Below, piece after piece: positions 24,790 to 39,042 of a DNA stretch of 64,000 nt. The position numbers and the translations under genes are program-made. The notes under the pieces were generated by a model that did no database searches, had not been told where the DNA came from, and saw only the letters and a program-made list of their open reading frames with translations. Positions within the stretch are counted from its first letter, which is position 1. Each line of letters begins with the position of its first letter. Source of the DNA: Mobula hypostoma (taxonomy: Eukaryota); assembly GCF_963921235.1 (NCBI RefSeq), contig NC_086097.1:165294001-165358000 (forward strand). Reading direction: 5' to 3'.

Positions 24790-25340
24790 CCATCTCGGGC
24801 ATATTCATTAATTCTCTCTCAATTTGTCTGGGATAGAGAATTCCAAACTGTAACAACCCTGTGGAGAAGCATTTTCTTGTCATTTCTCTTAAATGCTCAC
24901 TCCCCTATTTTGAATCCATGTATTTCAGTTTTAGATGCCCACTCTAAGGGAACCTCCTTTCAGTATTCACCCTTGCAGAACCCTCTCTAACATTTATGTT
25001 TCAATCAGGTCTCATTTCCTTCTAAATTCCTGCACATGCAACCCAATCTGCATTGCTTGTCTTATGTCAACCCCTTTATCTCAGCAATGAACTTAGTAAA
25101 CCTTCTCTGCTATGCCTCCAGTAAAAGCATGCCTGCCTGTAAGTGATCACATTCATATATAGAATATTAGGTGTGGCCTTAGCAGCACCCTGTTAAGTTG
25201 CTTCAAAGCTTTCCTGTTTTGTATTCCATTCCCCTTCTAATGAAGACCAATATTCCATTAGCCACCTTGATTTCTTGCAGCACCTACATGCTAACATTAT
25301 ATTTCGTGCACAAGGACCCCAAAACCCCTTTATATTGCAC
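24790..25340 (-). mobile_element. Old CR1 LINE 3' fragment
   Basis: Decayed reverse complement of the CR1 3' region (gagaattccaaa...accctgtggagaag..., gtgtggcct...agcacc, ctacatgctaac). Confidence 0.6.
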
Positions 25341-25881
25341 TTTTCGTTTTGTTCTTGTTAAATAATTACTTTCTCATTCTTTTAAATGGATACTCATCTG
25401 CACCATTATTATTTTGGTCAGTTACGTTTTGAATTGCACCTTATTGTACAGTGTGGAATTCCAAATACACTGTGTGTACTGTTTCCCTATTATCTTGCCT
25501 GCTTGTTACATTCTCTATCAACTCTTTCAAAATGCTTTCCCTTTCATAAAGCCATGTTAGTTCTTGACTGGCCAGCAACTTGAACCATGAAATCTGAAGG
25601 TAAACAATGTACTTTGACCTGGAGATATTTTTCCTTTTTTATGTCAACAGGTGCAACTATAGTTATGTATTTAGCAGGACCATATTACAAATGCTGAGCC
25701 CAAGTGCTGGAGAATATTGAAAATTATCCTATAAGCCCAGAGCAACAGTGAGTCAAAAATTGTAGATAACAAATCTGATAATGCTGGTATAACAACAATA
25801 CATTGTTCTTAAATAATGTGGGAACTTTGAAGCATTTTAGCTTACTGGAATCCTTGGACATTTCAGAACTGTTCTTTAGTC

Positions 25882-27081
25882 CAACCTCCTCCCCCGCCCC
25901 CCAACCTTTTTTGCACTGCGGACCGGTTTAATATTGACAATATTCTTGTGGACTGGCCGACCCGGGGTGGGGGGGGGGTAGGGTTGCCAACAGACAAGAG
26001 TAGCAGTCCAATACGTTGAGCTTACCCCGAGAAAGACTACAAAGACCACGACGCCTTGCGCGGGCACCCGTGCGCATGCGTGTACATGCCGATTTTTTTC
26101 CACAAATCATTCTTGGTAATTCTGTTCAGGGGCGGGTGTTAATGCAACCGGAATATCGGTGATAAGTGGGTAATACACTCAATTTCCTTTCTAAAAGAGT
26201 TTAGCTAACGAATTTAATAATAAACACACAGCGCATATTTTCCTCACATGAATATAGTGATAAATCAATTATCAAGGGAGGACAGGGGAGCTTGAAATAA
26301 GTGTTGAACGAACTTCCAGTAGAAGTGGTAGAGGCAGGTTCGATATTATCATTTAAAGAAAAACTGGATAGGTATATTAGGTATATTGACAGGAAAGGAA
26401 TGGAGGGTTATGTGCTGAGTGCAGGTCGGTGGGACTAGGTGAGAGTAGCGTTCGGCACAGTCTAGAAGGGCCGAGATGGCCTGTTTCCATGCTGTAATTG
26501 TTATATGGTTATAGAAGTCACTTGTAAGCCAATAGCATCATAACATTTTAAGTAACGTTTGGATATTAAACATACAGCACATATTTGCCCCGTATGAACA
26601 TATAAAATCATTGCAACACGCCAATATTGCTGAATCAGTGGGAGCCCTTGGCTTTTTTCCCGGCAACAACACGGTCCTGGTGAGGGGAGACAGCGATACT
26701 CGAAGGGGGTTCCTTATGTCCAGTCTATTCCGCAATTTAGTTTTCGTTGCATTCATTGCAGAGATATATTGGAAATGGAAGAACGTTTTCAGTACTTTCA
26801 TGGCTATCTCAGGATATTTAGCTTTGACTTTGATCCGGAATGCCAGCAGAGATGTTGTGTCAAACATACTTTTCAGCCTACCGTCATTTCGAAGCTCGAG
26901 GAGTTGATCTCCTTCCCGCGCTGACATGGATGATATGTGGGTAATGACCTCACGTGTGTTCAAGCTCAACAGTGCGTGACAGGGAATGAGGAAAGGTGCA
27001 GCTGACTCATATCGCCAAATCATATCGTTTCCTCGCGGCCTGGTACCAAATGCTTTGCGGCCCGGTGGTTGGGGACCGCTG
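25882..27081 (-). mobile_element. Non-autonomous hAT, copy 2, with the same CR1 cargo as copy 1
   Basis: 8-bp TSD CTTTAGTC (25874-81, 27082-89); right TIR GGTTGGGGACCGCTG; left TIR tip altered; remnant AMNATKTKLRNRLDI. Confidence 0.9.
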
Positions 27082-28184
27082 CTTTAGTCTATACAGCAGT
27101 AATAATATACTTAGCGATTTAGAAAGCATTTATCCAGAGATTTGGAAATAAAATTTAAGGCCCGTAAGGTTACCCAGCTGATCTGCTAATCAAAAGCACA
27201 CATGTGTTTTGTGTGGGAATAATGACACCAGCAACTACTCAACCTCTGTCCTAAATTCTCTGCGTAGATTTTAATTACTATTACTCAGAACTAAGAGGTC
27301 AAGCAAAAGGAAATGGAGCATTGAAACAGAAATAAGTTAATTAAAGTGCTGCAATTAGCTTGAAGGCAACTTTTATAATAACTATTCATTAGCAGTTCTG
27401 ACAGGATCTTTCCCGTGTCCAAAACTGCTCATTATTCCAGGATCAATCTAGATTGTAGACAGCCCTGACTTCATATTGTGAACCAACTTCTTGCATCCTT
27501 TCACTTCAATAAATGCAAGGTATATGTGAATATTTTGTCATCAAATTCAAAATCATTAGTTACCTCTGCTGTTTCTCTCCATTCAGCACAGAATTTACAT
27601 TTCTCATGCTTTGTTATATCATCTTAACTTTCTGAGCACACATTTTCCACGAGAGCCACCTTTGCTCTATTCCCTATTCTCACTGACCTCCGATGTTAGC
27701 AGGTATTATTTACTGGTTCCTTCTCCTGTATTGTTCTCATTCACAACAGCTGCGGAAAAGCTTCTCAAAAAAATCCTCACTATTGAACCTTCAACATTCC
27801 CCAAATTTCCCTCCAAAGTGTTCACTATGCTAACACTTGTTAAATATCATGCATCTTATCCTCAGAGATCCATATTTTAATGCATCTAGTAAAACTTTCA
27901 ATCCCAACACAATATGAACATTGCTTATAAATGTGACAAAATTTTAAACTATCCCATTTTTAACTGTAGTTTTTGACCTTCAACAATGCTATTCCTTCTC
28001 GTGTTCCTCCTCCTTTAACTGCTGTTATTTCTTCTTTCTTATTGATCACTTCTATAATTGGAGAATTGACTTGTAATGTTTTTTTTCTCCCTCACCAATA
28101 CATTTAGTCTCTAAACAGGAATTGATTCCACTCCCTCCTGTTTCAGTGCAGTCTAAAGGTACAGGAGCCTCAGATTCATGAACA

Positions 28185-28770
28185 GGTGTTACAGTGTCTA
28201 ATACCAAAGGGTATGCATTGAAAGTGAGAGGGGGATAGGTTCAAAGGGGATGTGAGGGGTAAGTTTCTTTCCTGGGTTTGTGGATGCCTGGTATGGTGAT
28301 GGAGGCAAATACTTTGGAGGCTTTTAAGAGATGTTTGGATGACACATGGATGTAAGGAAGGCGGGGAGATGGACATGGTGTAGGTAGGAGAGATTAGTGT
28401 TTGAGTGTTTTTGATTTGCTTTTTAGCTAGTTTGGCAAACAATATTGGCCGAATGGCCTGTTCCCATGCTGTACTGTTCCACGTTCTATATTACCCTTCA
28501 ACCATCTGGCTGATGAACGAAAGGGGATATTTATTTTTGATATTTATTGCTTATTTATTTACAACTTATTATTATTTCTCTTGTATTTGCACAGTTTTTT
28601 GTCTTTTGCACACTGGTTGCATGCCCAAATTGGTGCTATCTTTCATTGATTATATGATATTCATTATTCTATTATGGATTTGTTGAGTATGCCTACAAGA
28701 AAATGAATCTCTGGGTTGTATATGGTGACATATATTTGTACTCTGATAATAAATTTACTTTGAACTTTCT
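28185..28770 (+). mobile_element. CR1 3' end followed by a LINE/SINE 3' tail
   Basis: aggggtaagtttc...ggccgaatggcctgttccc..gctgtactgttc; then tail ending aatctc.gggttgtatatggtgac...gataataaatttactttgaacttt. Confidence 0.6.
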
Positions 28771-29116
28771 AATGTACATGCTAACCTTTAGAAATTTCAC
28801 CTCAAAATGCAAATGTTTCTACATGTATTTTAATGACATCCAGCTCTTGTGTGACTATTGTTGGCACTTCAGTACAATGTTAAAAGAGAGAATAAAAGTA
28901 TGTGTAAGATTTTCTATATAGCAAAGTAATTCTAGCTTAAAATGCCAGCAAATCTTTGCAGTCAAGCTAGCATATAGGAAAGAAACAGTAATGCTTCAGG
29001 TCTAGCCCTTCATGGAATCTTTTAGATGTGGAGCCTATAAAAGTAATTGTTTCACTTTTCTCCAGATGCTACCTGACCTGCTGAGTTTATTCAGCATTTA
29101 GTGTTTTTATTTAAAA

Positions 29117-30321
29117 CTAGACAATGGAGTGACCTGTTGGGGCACCCTTTGAGAGAAGGGTAGTGCAGTCTGATGTGACCAGAATGAACATTAAATTTTC
29201 CTGAATGTTATTAGTATCACTTTGCTTCGGAAACTGAAGTAGAAAACCTCAGTTTATTAAAGAAGAACGACACATAGCAAAGCAATTCCTCCTCGTTTAA
29301 CGAAGGACACTTTTGATGGTATCATTTCTGGTTTATCTGCCACCCTTGTGCCTCCCTTTGTCATTCTGGAGATGTGCGGTCCTTTCATCCCGTCTCCATC
29401 TCTTCTGTTTGTTCTTTGTCTCTGATTCTGGAGACGTGCATTTCTCAGCTCCTTTGTCTCTTCCTCTCTCCTCCTCCTGTGCCTGTTTTTATCATTCTGG
29501 AAATGTGCAGCCCTTTCTTCGCCCATCTCTTCATCTCTTCTGTTTGTTGTTTGTCTCTGATCCTGGAGACATACATACCTCTCCTCCTCTTCTTCTCATC
29601 TTTTTTTGTCCTGATTCTTTGATCCTGGAGTCGTGTGGCCCTGGCCTCATCCGATTCTTGTTCTCTCCCTCTCCTTGCCACTTCCCGATGACGTTTGGTG
29701 TCATCTCTTGATCATAATATCCCCCTTCCCTTTCCACGCGGCATAATTAGGCTGGCCTTTTTTTTTACCCTAATGCTAGATAGAAGATAGGAAGCAGTAA
29801 CACCAAAGGATGCTGATTATTCTTGATGATGTGGTTGGTGCTCTCCTAAATGAACGTGATATAGTCACCGCTGTCCTTTGACTGCAGCAAAGGGTTTTAT
29901 GGGTGTCTCGAAGTATGTCATTACAATAGGATTTAATTATCTCTTATTGATGGGTGGCAGTTAGATCTGTCCCAATCCTGCACACGTTGATGGTGATTAG
30001 CAGAATGTGACCCCTCGAAATAGAGCTGCCCTGCCCTTTTGCTCCGGTAGGTGTCGCTGCTGAGGCTGGCCATGCGCATGCATCGGCTGTCGCGTCCCAA
30101 TTTCCATGATGGCGGATGGGTTGTCGGGTGAAAGTGAGCCTGTTGATTTTTGCGAATGGGCAATTTTATACGAATATGTAACTCTGAACTTTGCCTGCAT
30201 TCTGTAAGTTAGCGCATTTTAATTCGATTTAGCCCAAAAAAGTGCTGCTGTAATGCACCATTTGCACTAATTGAAGGTCACAACACAGAGAACATGAGAG
30301 TTTTAGTAGTATATAGATAGA
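29117..30321 (-). mobile_element. Complete non-autonomous Helitron (1205 bp)
   Basis: Minus strand: host A|TCTATCTATATACTACTAAAACTCTC ... imperfect hairpin GTGcCCc-AAC-AGGTCAC about 10 nt before CTAG|T host; no TSD; decayed ORF from 29744 MPRGKGRG...ARATRLQDQRIRT with repeated RLQxQRxR units as in RepHel N-termini. Confidence 0.8.
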
Positions 30322-31027
30322 TGTAGTGTTTCTGCATTTAACATACTTGGGCCACTGCCCATACTTCCAATTTCCTCCTGTTCAAAGCTGTTCAAAGACT
30401 CAGGATATTCCAAAGCTTAAGTAAGAAAAAGTGAAAGTCCAGTTTCATGGTGTAGTAAACCACTAAAAAAGTAATTCCAAATTATTTTGCGTTAACCTCT
30501 ATTACTTCTCACAGATACAATACAAATATTGCATGTTGTTATATTAGTGTTTTCCATTTAAAGCAAACATTTTCTAGTTCAACTTTACAAATGCTATTAA
30601 TATGGAAAGTCCCTTGTAATTTAGTTCTGGGTCACATGATCTGAATTTGATGTTTTTTGGTCATTCCACTTAACAGAATCACATGATTGGAAACTTTGGT
30701 TTCTGAAATGTTGGTGTGCTGAGATTTAAAAATAGACATCGCAGGAGCACGCATTTTTAAATTATTTAATTTGACCTTGGCAAAGTGAGAATTCTAAGAT
30801 GAAAAATACAGCATTAGCTTAGTTTCCATTTCTTCAGCTCGATAGACTATAATCTTTAGAGCCTTCCTTTCAACATAAAAAAAATTTTGTTGATCAATCT
30901 TGTCCAGAAATTTCCAACCAAATTTTTAGGTAGTTGTCATGTAGAATTTGGTAATTGAAATCTGTTAGATGCTCTCATAAGTTCTCTTAAAATGTTGGAA
31001 ATACTATTTTGAATAGACTGCCACTAA

Positions 31028-31198
<171 letters not shown>

Positions 31199-31610
31199 TA
31201 ATGTTATTAATATCCTTTTTTTCTCCAAATACATTATACATTATTAATATTTTGTGCTTAACATTCATTTACATTAGTCAATTATGTATAGGAAATACAA
31301 GAGAACACTTAAGATGGAAATCAGGAGGGCTAAAGAAAGCATGCGATTGCTCTAGCAGACAAGGAGATGAAGAATCCCGAAGGCTTCTACAGATATATTA
31401 AGAGCAAAAGGATAGCAAGGGACAAAAACGGTCCTCTGGAAGAACAGAGTGGTTTTCTGTGCATGGAACTGAAAGACATGGAAGAGATCTTAAATGTGTT
31501 TTTTGCATCTGTATGTAGTTGGGAGATGGACACAGTCTAGGGAAGTGAGGCAAAGCAGCAGTGAGGTCAGTAATCCTATACCGATTACAAAGGAGAAAAT
31601 GTTTCCTGTA

Positions 31611-34600
31611 TTAGACCATAGGATACAGGAGCAGAATTAGGTCATTTGGTCCATTGAGTCTGCTCCACCATTTCATCATGGCTGATCCAGATTTCCTCTT
31701 AGCCCCAATCTCCAGCCTTCTCCCTGTATCCCTTCATGCCCTGACCAATTGAGAATCTGTCAACCTCTGCCTTAAATATACTTTAAGACTTGTCCTCCAC
31801 GACTGCCTTTGGCAAAGAATTCCACAGGTTCACCACTTTCTGACTAAAGAAATTCCTCCTCATCTCCATTCTAAAAGGATGCCCCTCTATTCTGAGGCTA
31901 TGTCCTCTGTTCTTAGACTCTTAGACCATTCAAGTAGATTTCAATAAGGTCACCTGCCATTCTTCTGAAGTTCAAGTGATACAGACCCAGAGCCATCAGA
32001 TGCTCTTCACGTGATAAGCCATTCATTCCTGGAATCATTTTAGTGAACCTCGTTTGAACCTTCTCCAGTTTCAGCACATCCTTTCGAAGACATGCGACTT
32101 AAAACTGCTCACAATACTCCATTAGGTATCGCCAGTGCTTTATAAAGCCTCAACATTACATCATTAATTTTCTAATCTAGTCCTCTTGAAATGAATGCTA
32201 GCATTGCATTTGCCTTCCTCACCACAGACTCGACCTGCAAATTAACCTGCACAAGGACTCTCAAGTCCCGTTGCGCCTCAGTTTTTTGTATTTTCTCTCA
32301 TTTAGAAAATAGTCAACCCTTTCGTTTCTTTTGCCAAAGTGCATGACCGTACACTTCCCGACACTGTATTCTATCTGCCATTTCTTTGCTCCTTCTCCTA
32401 ATCTTTCTATAGACAATAGACAATAGGTGCAGGAGTAGGCCATTCAGCCCTTTGAGCCAGCACCGCCATTCTCTGTGATCATGGCTGATCATCCACAATC
32501 AGTACTTTTCCTGCCTTCTCCCCATATCCCTTGACGCCGCTATCTTTAAGAGCTCTATCTAACTCTTTCTTGAAAGAATCCAGAGAATTGGCCTCCACTG
32601 CATTCTGAGGCAAAGCATTCCATAGAGCCACAACCCTCTCTGTGAAGAAGTTCTTCCTCAACTCTGTTCTAAATGGTCTACCGTTTATTCTTTAACTGTG
32701 GCCTCTGGTTCTGGACTCCCCCAAAATTGGGAACATGTTTCCTGCCTCTAGTGTGTCCAATCCCTTAATAATCTTATATGTTTCAGTTAGATACCTTCTC
32801 ATCCTTCTAAATTCCAGTGTATACAAGCCCAGTCACCCCAATCTTTCAACATATGACAGTCCCGCCATCCCGGGAATTAACCACGTGAACCTACGCTGCA
32901 CTCCCTCAATACTAGAATGTCCTTCCTCAAATTTGGAGACCAGAACTGTACACAATACTCCAGGTGTGGTCTCACCAAGGCCCTGTACAACTACAGAAGG
33001 ACCTCTTTGCTCCTATACTCAACTCCCCTTGTTATGAAGGCCAACGTGCCATTAGCTTTCTTCACTGCCTGCTGTACCTGCATGCTTACTTTCAGTGACT
33101 GATGAACAAGGACACCTAAATTTCGTTGTACTTCCCCTTTTCCTAACTTGACACCATTCAGATAGTAATCTGCCTTCCTGTTCTTGCCACCAAAGTGAAT
33201 AACCTCATACTTACCCACATTAAGCTGCATCTGCCCACTCACCCAACCTGTCCAAGTCACCCTGCATTCTCATAACATCCTCCTGACATTTCACACTGAC
33301 ACCCAGCTTTGTGTCATCTGCAAATTTGCTAATGTTACTTTTAATCCCTTCATCTAAATCATTAATGTATATTGTAAATAGCTGTGGTCCCAGCACCGAG
33401 CCTTGCGGTACCCCACTAGTCACTGCCTGCCATTCTGAAAAGGACCCATTAATCCCTACACTTTGTTTCCTGTCTGCCAACCAATTTTCTATCCATGTCA
33501 GTACCCTACCCCCAATACCATTTGCTCTAATTTTGCCCACTAACCTACTATGTGGGACCTTATCAAAGGCTTTCTGAAAGTCCAGGTACACTACATCCAC
33601 TGGCTTTCCCATGTCCATTTTCACAGTTACATTTTCAAAAAAATTCCAGAAGATTAGTCAAGCATGATTTCCCCTTCGTAAATCCATGCTGACTCGGACC
33701 TATCCTGCTACTGCTATCCAAATATGCCGCTATTTCATCTTTTATAACTGATTCCAGCATCTTCCCCACCACTGATGTCAGACTAACTGGTCTATAATTG
33801 CCTGTTTTCTCTCTCCTTCCTTTCCTAAAGAGTGGGATAACATTAGCTACCCTCCAATCTGCAGGAACTGATCCTGAATCTATAGAACATTGGAAAATGA
33901 TTACCAATGCATCCACGATTTCTAGAGCCACCTCCTTAAATACCCTGGGATGCAGACCATCAGGCCCTGGGGATTTATCAACCTTCAGTCCTATCAATTT
34001 ACCCAACACCATTTTCTGCCTGATGCGAATTTCCTTCAGTTCCTCTGTTACCCTAGGTCCTCTGGCCACTACTACATCTGGGAGATTGTGTCTTCCCTAG
34101 TGAAGACAGATCCAAAGTACCTGTTCAGCTCATCTGCCATTTCCTTGTTCCCCATAATAATTTCACCCGTTTCTGTCTTCAGGGGTCCAACTTTGGTCTT
34201 AACTAATTTTTTCCTCTTCACATACCAGAAGAAGCTTTTACTATCCTCCTTTATATTCTTGGCTAGCTTACCATCGTACCTCATCTTTTCCCCCCGTATT
34301 GCCTTTTTAGTTATCTTCTGTTGCTCCTTAAAAGTCTCCCAATCCTCTGGCTTCCCGCTCATCTTTGCTATGTTGTACTTCCTCTCTTTTATTTTGTCCT
34401 TGACTTCCCTTGTCATCCACGGTCGCCCCATACTCACCTTAGAATCTTTCTTCCTCTTTGGAACGAACTGATCCTGCACCTTCTGTATTATTCCCAGAAA
34501 TACCTGCCATTGTTGTTCCACTGTCATCCCTGCTAGGGTATCTTTCCAGTCAACTTTGGCCAGCTTCTCCCTCATGGGTCCATAGTCCCCTTTGTTCAAC

Positions 34601-37600
34601 TGTAATACTGACACTTCCAATCTTCCCTTCTCCCTCTCAAATTGTAGATTAAAACTTATCATATTATGGTCATTACCTCCTAATGGCTCCTTTACCTCAA
34701 GTTCCCTTATCAAATCTGGCTCATTACACAACACTAAATCCAGAATTGCCTTCTCCCTGGTAGGCTCTAATACAGGCTGCTCTAAGAATCCATCTCTGAG
34801 GCATTCCACAAACTCCCTTTCTTGGGGTCCAGTACCAACCTGATTTTCCCAGTCTACCTGCATGTGGAAATCCCCCATAACAACCGTAGAATTACCTTTG
34901 CGACATGCCAGTTTTAACTCTTGATTTAGCTTGCACCCTATATCCAGCCTACTGTTTGGGGGCCTGTAGATAACTCCCATCAGGGTCTTTTTGCCCTTAC
35001 AGTTTCTCAGTTCTATCCATACTGACTCTACATCACCTGATTCTATGTCTCTCCCCCCCCCCCGCCTCGCAAGTGACTGAATTTCATTCATCATCAACAG
35101 AGCCACCCCACCTCCTCTGACAACCTGTCTGTCCTTTCGATAGGATGTGTATCCCTGAATATTCATTTCCCAGCCCTGGTCCTCTTGCAGCCGTGTCTCT
35201 GTTATTCCCACAGCATCATACTTGCCAATTTTCAACTGAGCCTCAAGCTCATCCACTTTATTTCTTATACTCCGTGCATTCATATATAATACTTTTACTC
35301 CCCTCAACTTTCACATCGATTCCTATTGCACTTGGCCATACTCTCCAATCCCTTCCTGAGCTTTCTGCCCCTTTAATTCTGTTGTCTTTCTTAACTTTTC
35401 TTATTCTCACTTTCCCTTTATCTCCATCTTTATATTTCCAGTTCGTCCCCTCCCCCCCCACTACTTAGTTTAAACACACCCGTGTAGCAGTGGCAAACCT
35501 GCCTGCCAGAACGCTGGTGCCCCACCTGTTAAGGTGCAACCCGTCCCTTCTGTAAAATTCATCCTTACCCCAAAACAGATCCCAGTGGTCCAAGAATCTA
35601 AATCCCTGCTCCCCGCACCAGCTCCTCAACCACACATTCAGATCCCCTATTTCCCTGTTCCTGCCTTCACCAGCACAAGGAACTGGAAGCAAACTGGAGA
35701 TAACCACCCTGGAGGTCTTGCTTTTCAGCCTTCTTCCGAGTTTTCTGAAGTCACGCTGCAAAATGTCTCCCTTCTTCCCCACGTCACTTGTGCCGACATG
35801 TACCACCACCTCCGGCTGATCACCTTCTCCCTTGAGGATGCCTTCTCCCTTTCTTCGCCTTTCTACTTCCTCAAAACTACCTGCCCCTCCACCTATCTTC
35901 GTATCTGCAAAATTTGCAACATAGCCATCAATTCCATTGTCCAAATCTTTGACATGTAACATTAAAAGGGATTGGACCCAACACAGACCTCTATGGAATA
36001 CCACTAGTGTCACCAGCAGCCAACCAGAAAAGGGTCCCTTTACTCCCAGTCTTCACCTCCTGCCAATCAGCCACTGTTTTATCCATGCTAGAATCTTTCC
36101 TGTAACACCATGAGCTCGTGGCTTGTTAAGCAGCCTTGTGTGGCACCTTGTCAAAGACCTTCTGAAAATCCAAGTACACAACATCAACAGATTTCTCCTT
36201 CGTCTATCCTGTTTGTTATTTCTTCAAAGAATTCCAACAGATATGTCAGGCAAGATTTTCCCTTGAAATCATACTGACTAGGGCCAATTTTACCATGTGG
36301 CTCCAAGTAACCCTGAGACCTGCTCCTTAACAATCAACTCCAGTATCTTTCCAGCCACAGAAGTCAGACTAACTGGCCTATAATTCCCTTTCTTCTACCT
36401 CTTTTCCTTCTTGAGTGGAGTGATATTTACGATTTTCCAGTCTACCAGAACCATTACAGAATCTAGCAATTCTTGAAAGATCATTACCAATGCCTCCAAG
36501 AGCTCTTCAGCCACCTCTTTCAGAACCCTGGGGTGTATACCATCTGGGTCAGAAGACTTATCTACCTTCAGACATTTCAGTTTCCCACGAACTTTCTTCT
36601 GAGTAATGGCAGCTTCACACATTTCTGACTCCTGACACTCTTGAACTTCCAGTGTACTGCTAGTGTCTTCCACAGTGAAGTAAAGTACTTATTCTGTTCA
36701 TCTGCCATTTTGGTGTTCTGCCTCTCCAGCATCATTTTCCAGCGGTCTGATATTCACTCTCGCCTCTCTTTTACATTTTATGTATCTGAAGAAGCTTTCA
36801 GTATCCTCTTTAATATTATTGGCTGGCTTACTTTCATAATCCATCTTTTCCTTCTTAACTTTTTTAGTTGTCTTCTGTTGGTTTTTAAAAGCTTCCCAAA
36901 TCCTCTAACTTTTGCTCTATTATATGCCCTCTCTTTGGCTTTTATGTTGGCTTTGACTTCTCTTGTTAGCCATGGTTGTATCATCTTGCCTTAGGAGTAC
37001 TTCTTCCTCTTTGGCGTGTGTATATCCTGTGTCTTCCGAATTGCTTACAGAAATTCCAGCCATTGCTGCTCCGCTGTCATCCCTGATGGTGTCCTTTTCC
37101 AGTCAATTCTGGCCAAATCCTCTTACGCTTCTGTAATTCCCTTTACTCCACTGTAAAAGTGATGCATCTCACTTTACACCTCCTTCTCAAAATTCAACGT
37201 GTATTCAATCATGTTATGATCACTGCCCCTAAGGGTTCTTTTACCTTAAGGTCTCTGATCAATTCTGATTCATTGCACAAGACCCAGTCCAGAACAACTG
37301 ATACCCTAGTGGGCTCAACCACAAGCTGCTCTAAAAAGCTATCTCATAGGTACTCTAGAAATTCTTCCCCCTGGGATCCAGCACCAATCTGATTTTCCCA
37401 ATCTACCTGCATATTGAAGTCCTCCTTGACCATTGTAACATTGCCCTTTTGGCGTGCATTTTCTATTTCCTGTCATAATTTGTAGGTCACATCCTTGCTA
37501 CTGTTTGGAGGTCTGTATACAACTCCCACTAGGGTATTTTTACTCTTACAGTTCTGTAGCTCTATACACAATGACTCAACACCTTCCATCCCTATGTCAC

Positions 37601-38786
37601 CTCTTTCAATTGAGTTGATTTCATTTTTTACCAACAAAGCAACGACACCCTTCTGCCTTCCTGCCTGTCTTTTCGATATAATGTGTATCTTTGGACATTA
37701 AGCTCCCAGCTATAACCTTTCAGCCATGATTCTGTGATGCCTACAACATCATAACTTGCCAGTCTGCAACTGTGCTGCAAGTTCATCTACCTTATTCCAT
37801 ATACTGTGCGCATTCAAATATAACACCCTCAGTCCTGTATTCAGCTTTTTTGATTTTGTCCACCTTTTTTTGTTGCGACTCCATCCTGTTGACTGCAACT
37901 TTGCCCTATCAACAACATCTTACTGCATATTGCCTCTGTTTGTAAACCAACTACCCCATCTTCAGCACTATTATCTGCCTTTCCTACGATATTTCTTGCA
38001 TCGAAATATATGTAGCTCAGGTCACTAGTTGCACCATGCTGAACCTTTTGATTCCTAACTTTGTGTGAGGTCTTACCAATATCTGCCTCCACAACTTTTC
38101 CACGAACTGTTCTGGCACTCTGGTTCCCATCTCCCTGCTACTCTAATTTAAACCCCACCATACAGCATTAACAAACCTTCCCACTAGGATATTAGTTTCC
38201 GTCCAGTTCAGATGCAAACCTTGGGCGCAGCTACCTCTCTGTATGTCCTATCAATCACCTCTTCAACCTCCCAAATGATCTGGTGTTCATCTAGTTCCAG
38301 CTCCAACTCCTTAACCTGGATTGTTAGAAGCTGCAGCTGGATGTACTTTTCACAGTTGTAGTCGTCAGGGGCACTGGAGGTCTCCCTGCCTTCCCACATC
38401 CTGTAAGAGGAGCATTCAGCTACCCTGCCTGGCATCTGTACTATCCTAGCTGAGCAGGTATAAAGAAGGGAAGAGGGGAAAAAAAACTTAACCTAGAGAG
38501 TTTCTTTCTTTTCTCTGACTGAAGCCTCTCTTAGTTGAAGCTTCAAAGAGTTAAAGTCTCAAAATCACCATTCTGACTCTGTCCACTCAGATGATGGCTG
38601 CTGCACTTGCCCCTGCCTTCCTTTAATTTGCTCTTGTTAATCAATTGCAAGCGGCATATGGTCGCTGGTCAAAGCTCTTTTTCACTGTACCAACTCGCTG
38701 CTGCCTGTGTACTCAGGCAGTGGATCTGCTTGAAGTCCCCTCCTCTCAAAACTTCTGATGTCAGGATTGGTCACTGACCAAAGCTC
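31611..38786 (-). mobile_element. Near full-length degenerate CR1 (element A): 5' UTR, ORF1 N-terminus, ORF2; interrupted by CR1 B
   Basis: ORF1 start MPGRVAECSSYRMWE...YNCEKYIQLQLL..VKELELELD (38435-38208); endonuclease/RT remnants 38000-35860; 3' end at 31611-32408. Confidence 0.85.
32409..35858 (-). mobile_element. Young CR1 (element B): ORF1 SGNH-esterase C-terminus plus nearly whole ORF2 with a few frameshifts
   Basis: VVVHVGTSD...DGLHLN (ORF1); YMNARSIRNKVDELE, GITET, VMGDF, DHNMI (APE endonuclease, 35307-34072); NYRPVSLTS, YLDFQKAFDKVPH, GVPQGSVLGP, FADD (RT); (agacaat)n tail. Confidence 0.95.
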
Positions 38787-39042
38787 TTAAGGCAAGTTAG
38801 GGTGGATAAATCCCCAGGGCCTGACAAGGAGTTCCATCAGACCCTGTGGGAAGCTAGTGAAGAAATTGAAGGGGCCCTAGCAGAGATATCTAAAACGTTC
38901 TTTGACATGGGTGAGGTGCTGGAAAATTGGAGAATAGCTAATGTTGTTCCATTGTTGAAAGGCTGTAAGAATAAGCCAGGAATTTATGGGCTGGTGAGTC
39001 AGACATCAGTAGTGGAAGGTATTCTAAGGGATCAGATATATA

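Noticed and set aside
29257..29737. Hydrophobic + strand ORFs as a membrane protein, or the repeats as a CRISPR-like array
   Set aside because: They are the antisense of purine-rich Helitron coding repeats; units are degenerate tandem copies without unique spacers
34072..35307. 411-aa ORF as a host nuclease gene
   Set aside because: CR1 ORF2 APE endonuclease, continuing through frameshifts into RT
35465..36013. Apparent RT-esterase fusion ORF
   Set aside because: Chance in-frame junction between CR1 A RT sequence and the truncated ORF1 of the inserted CR1 B
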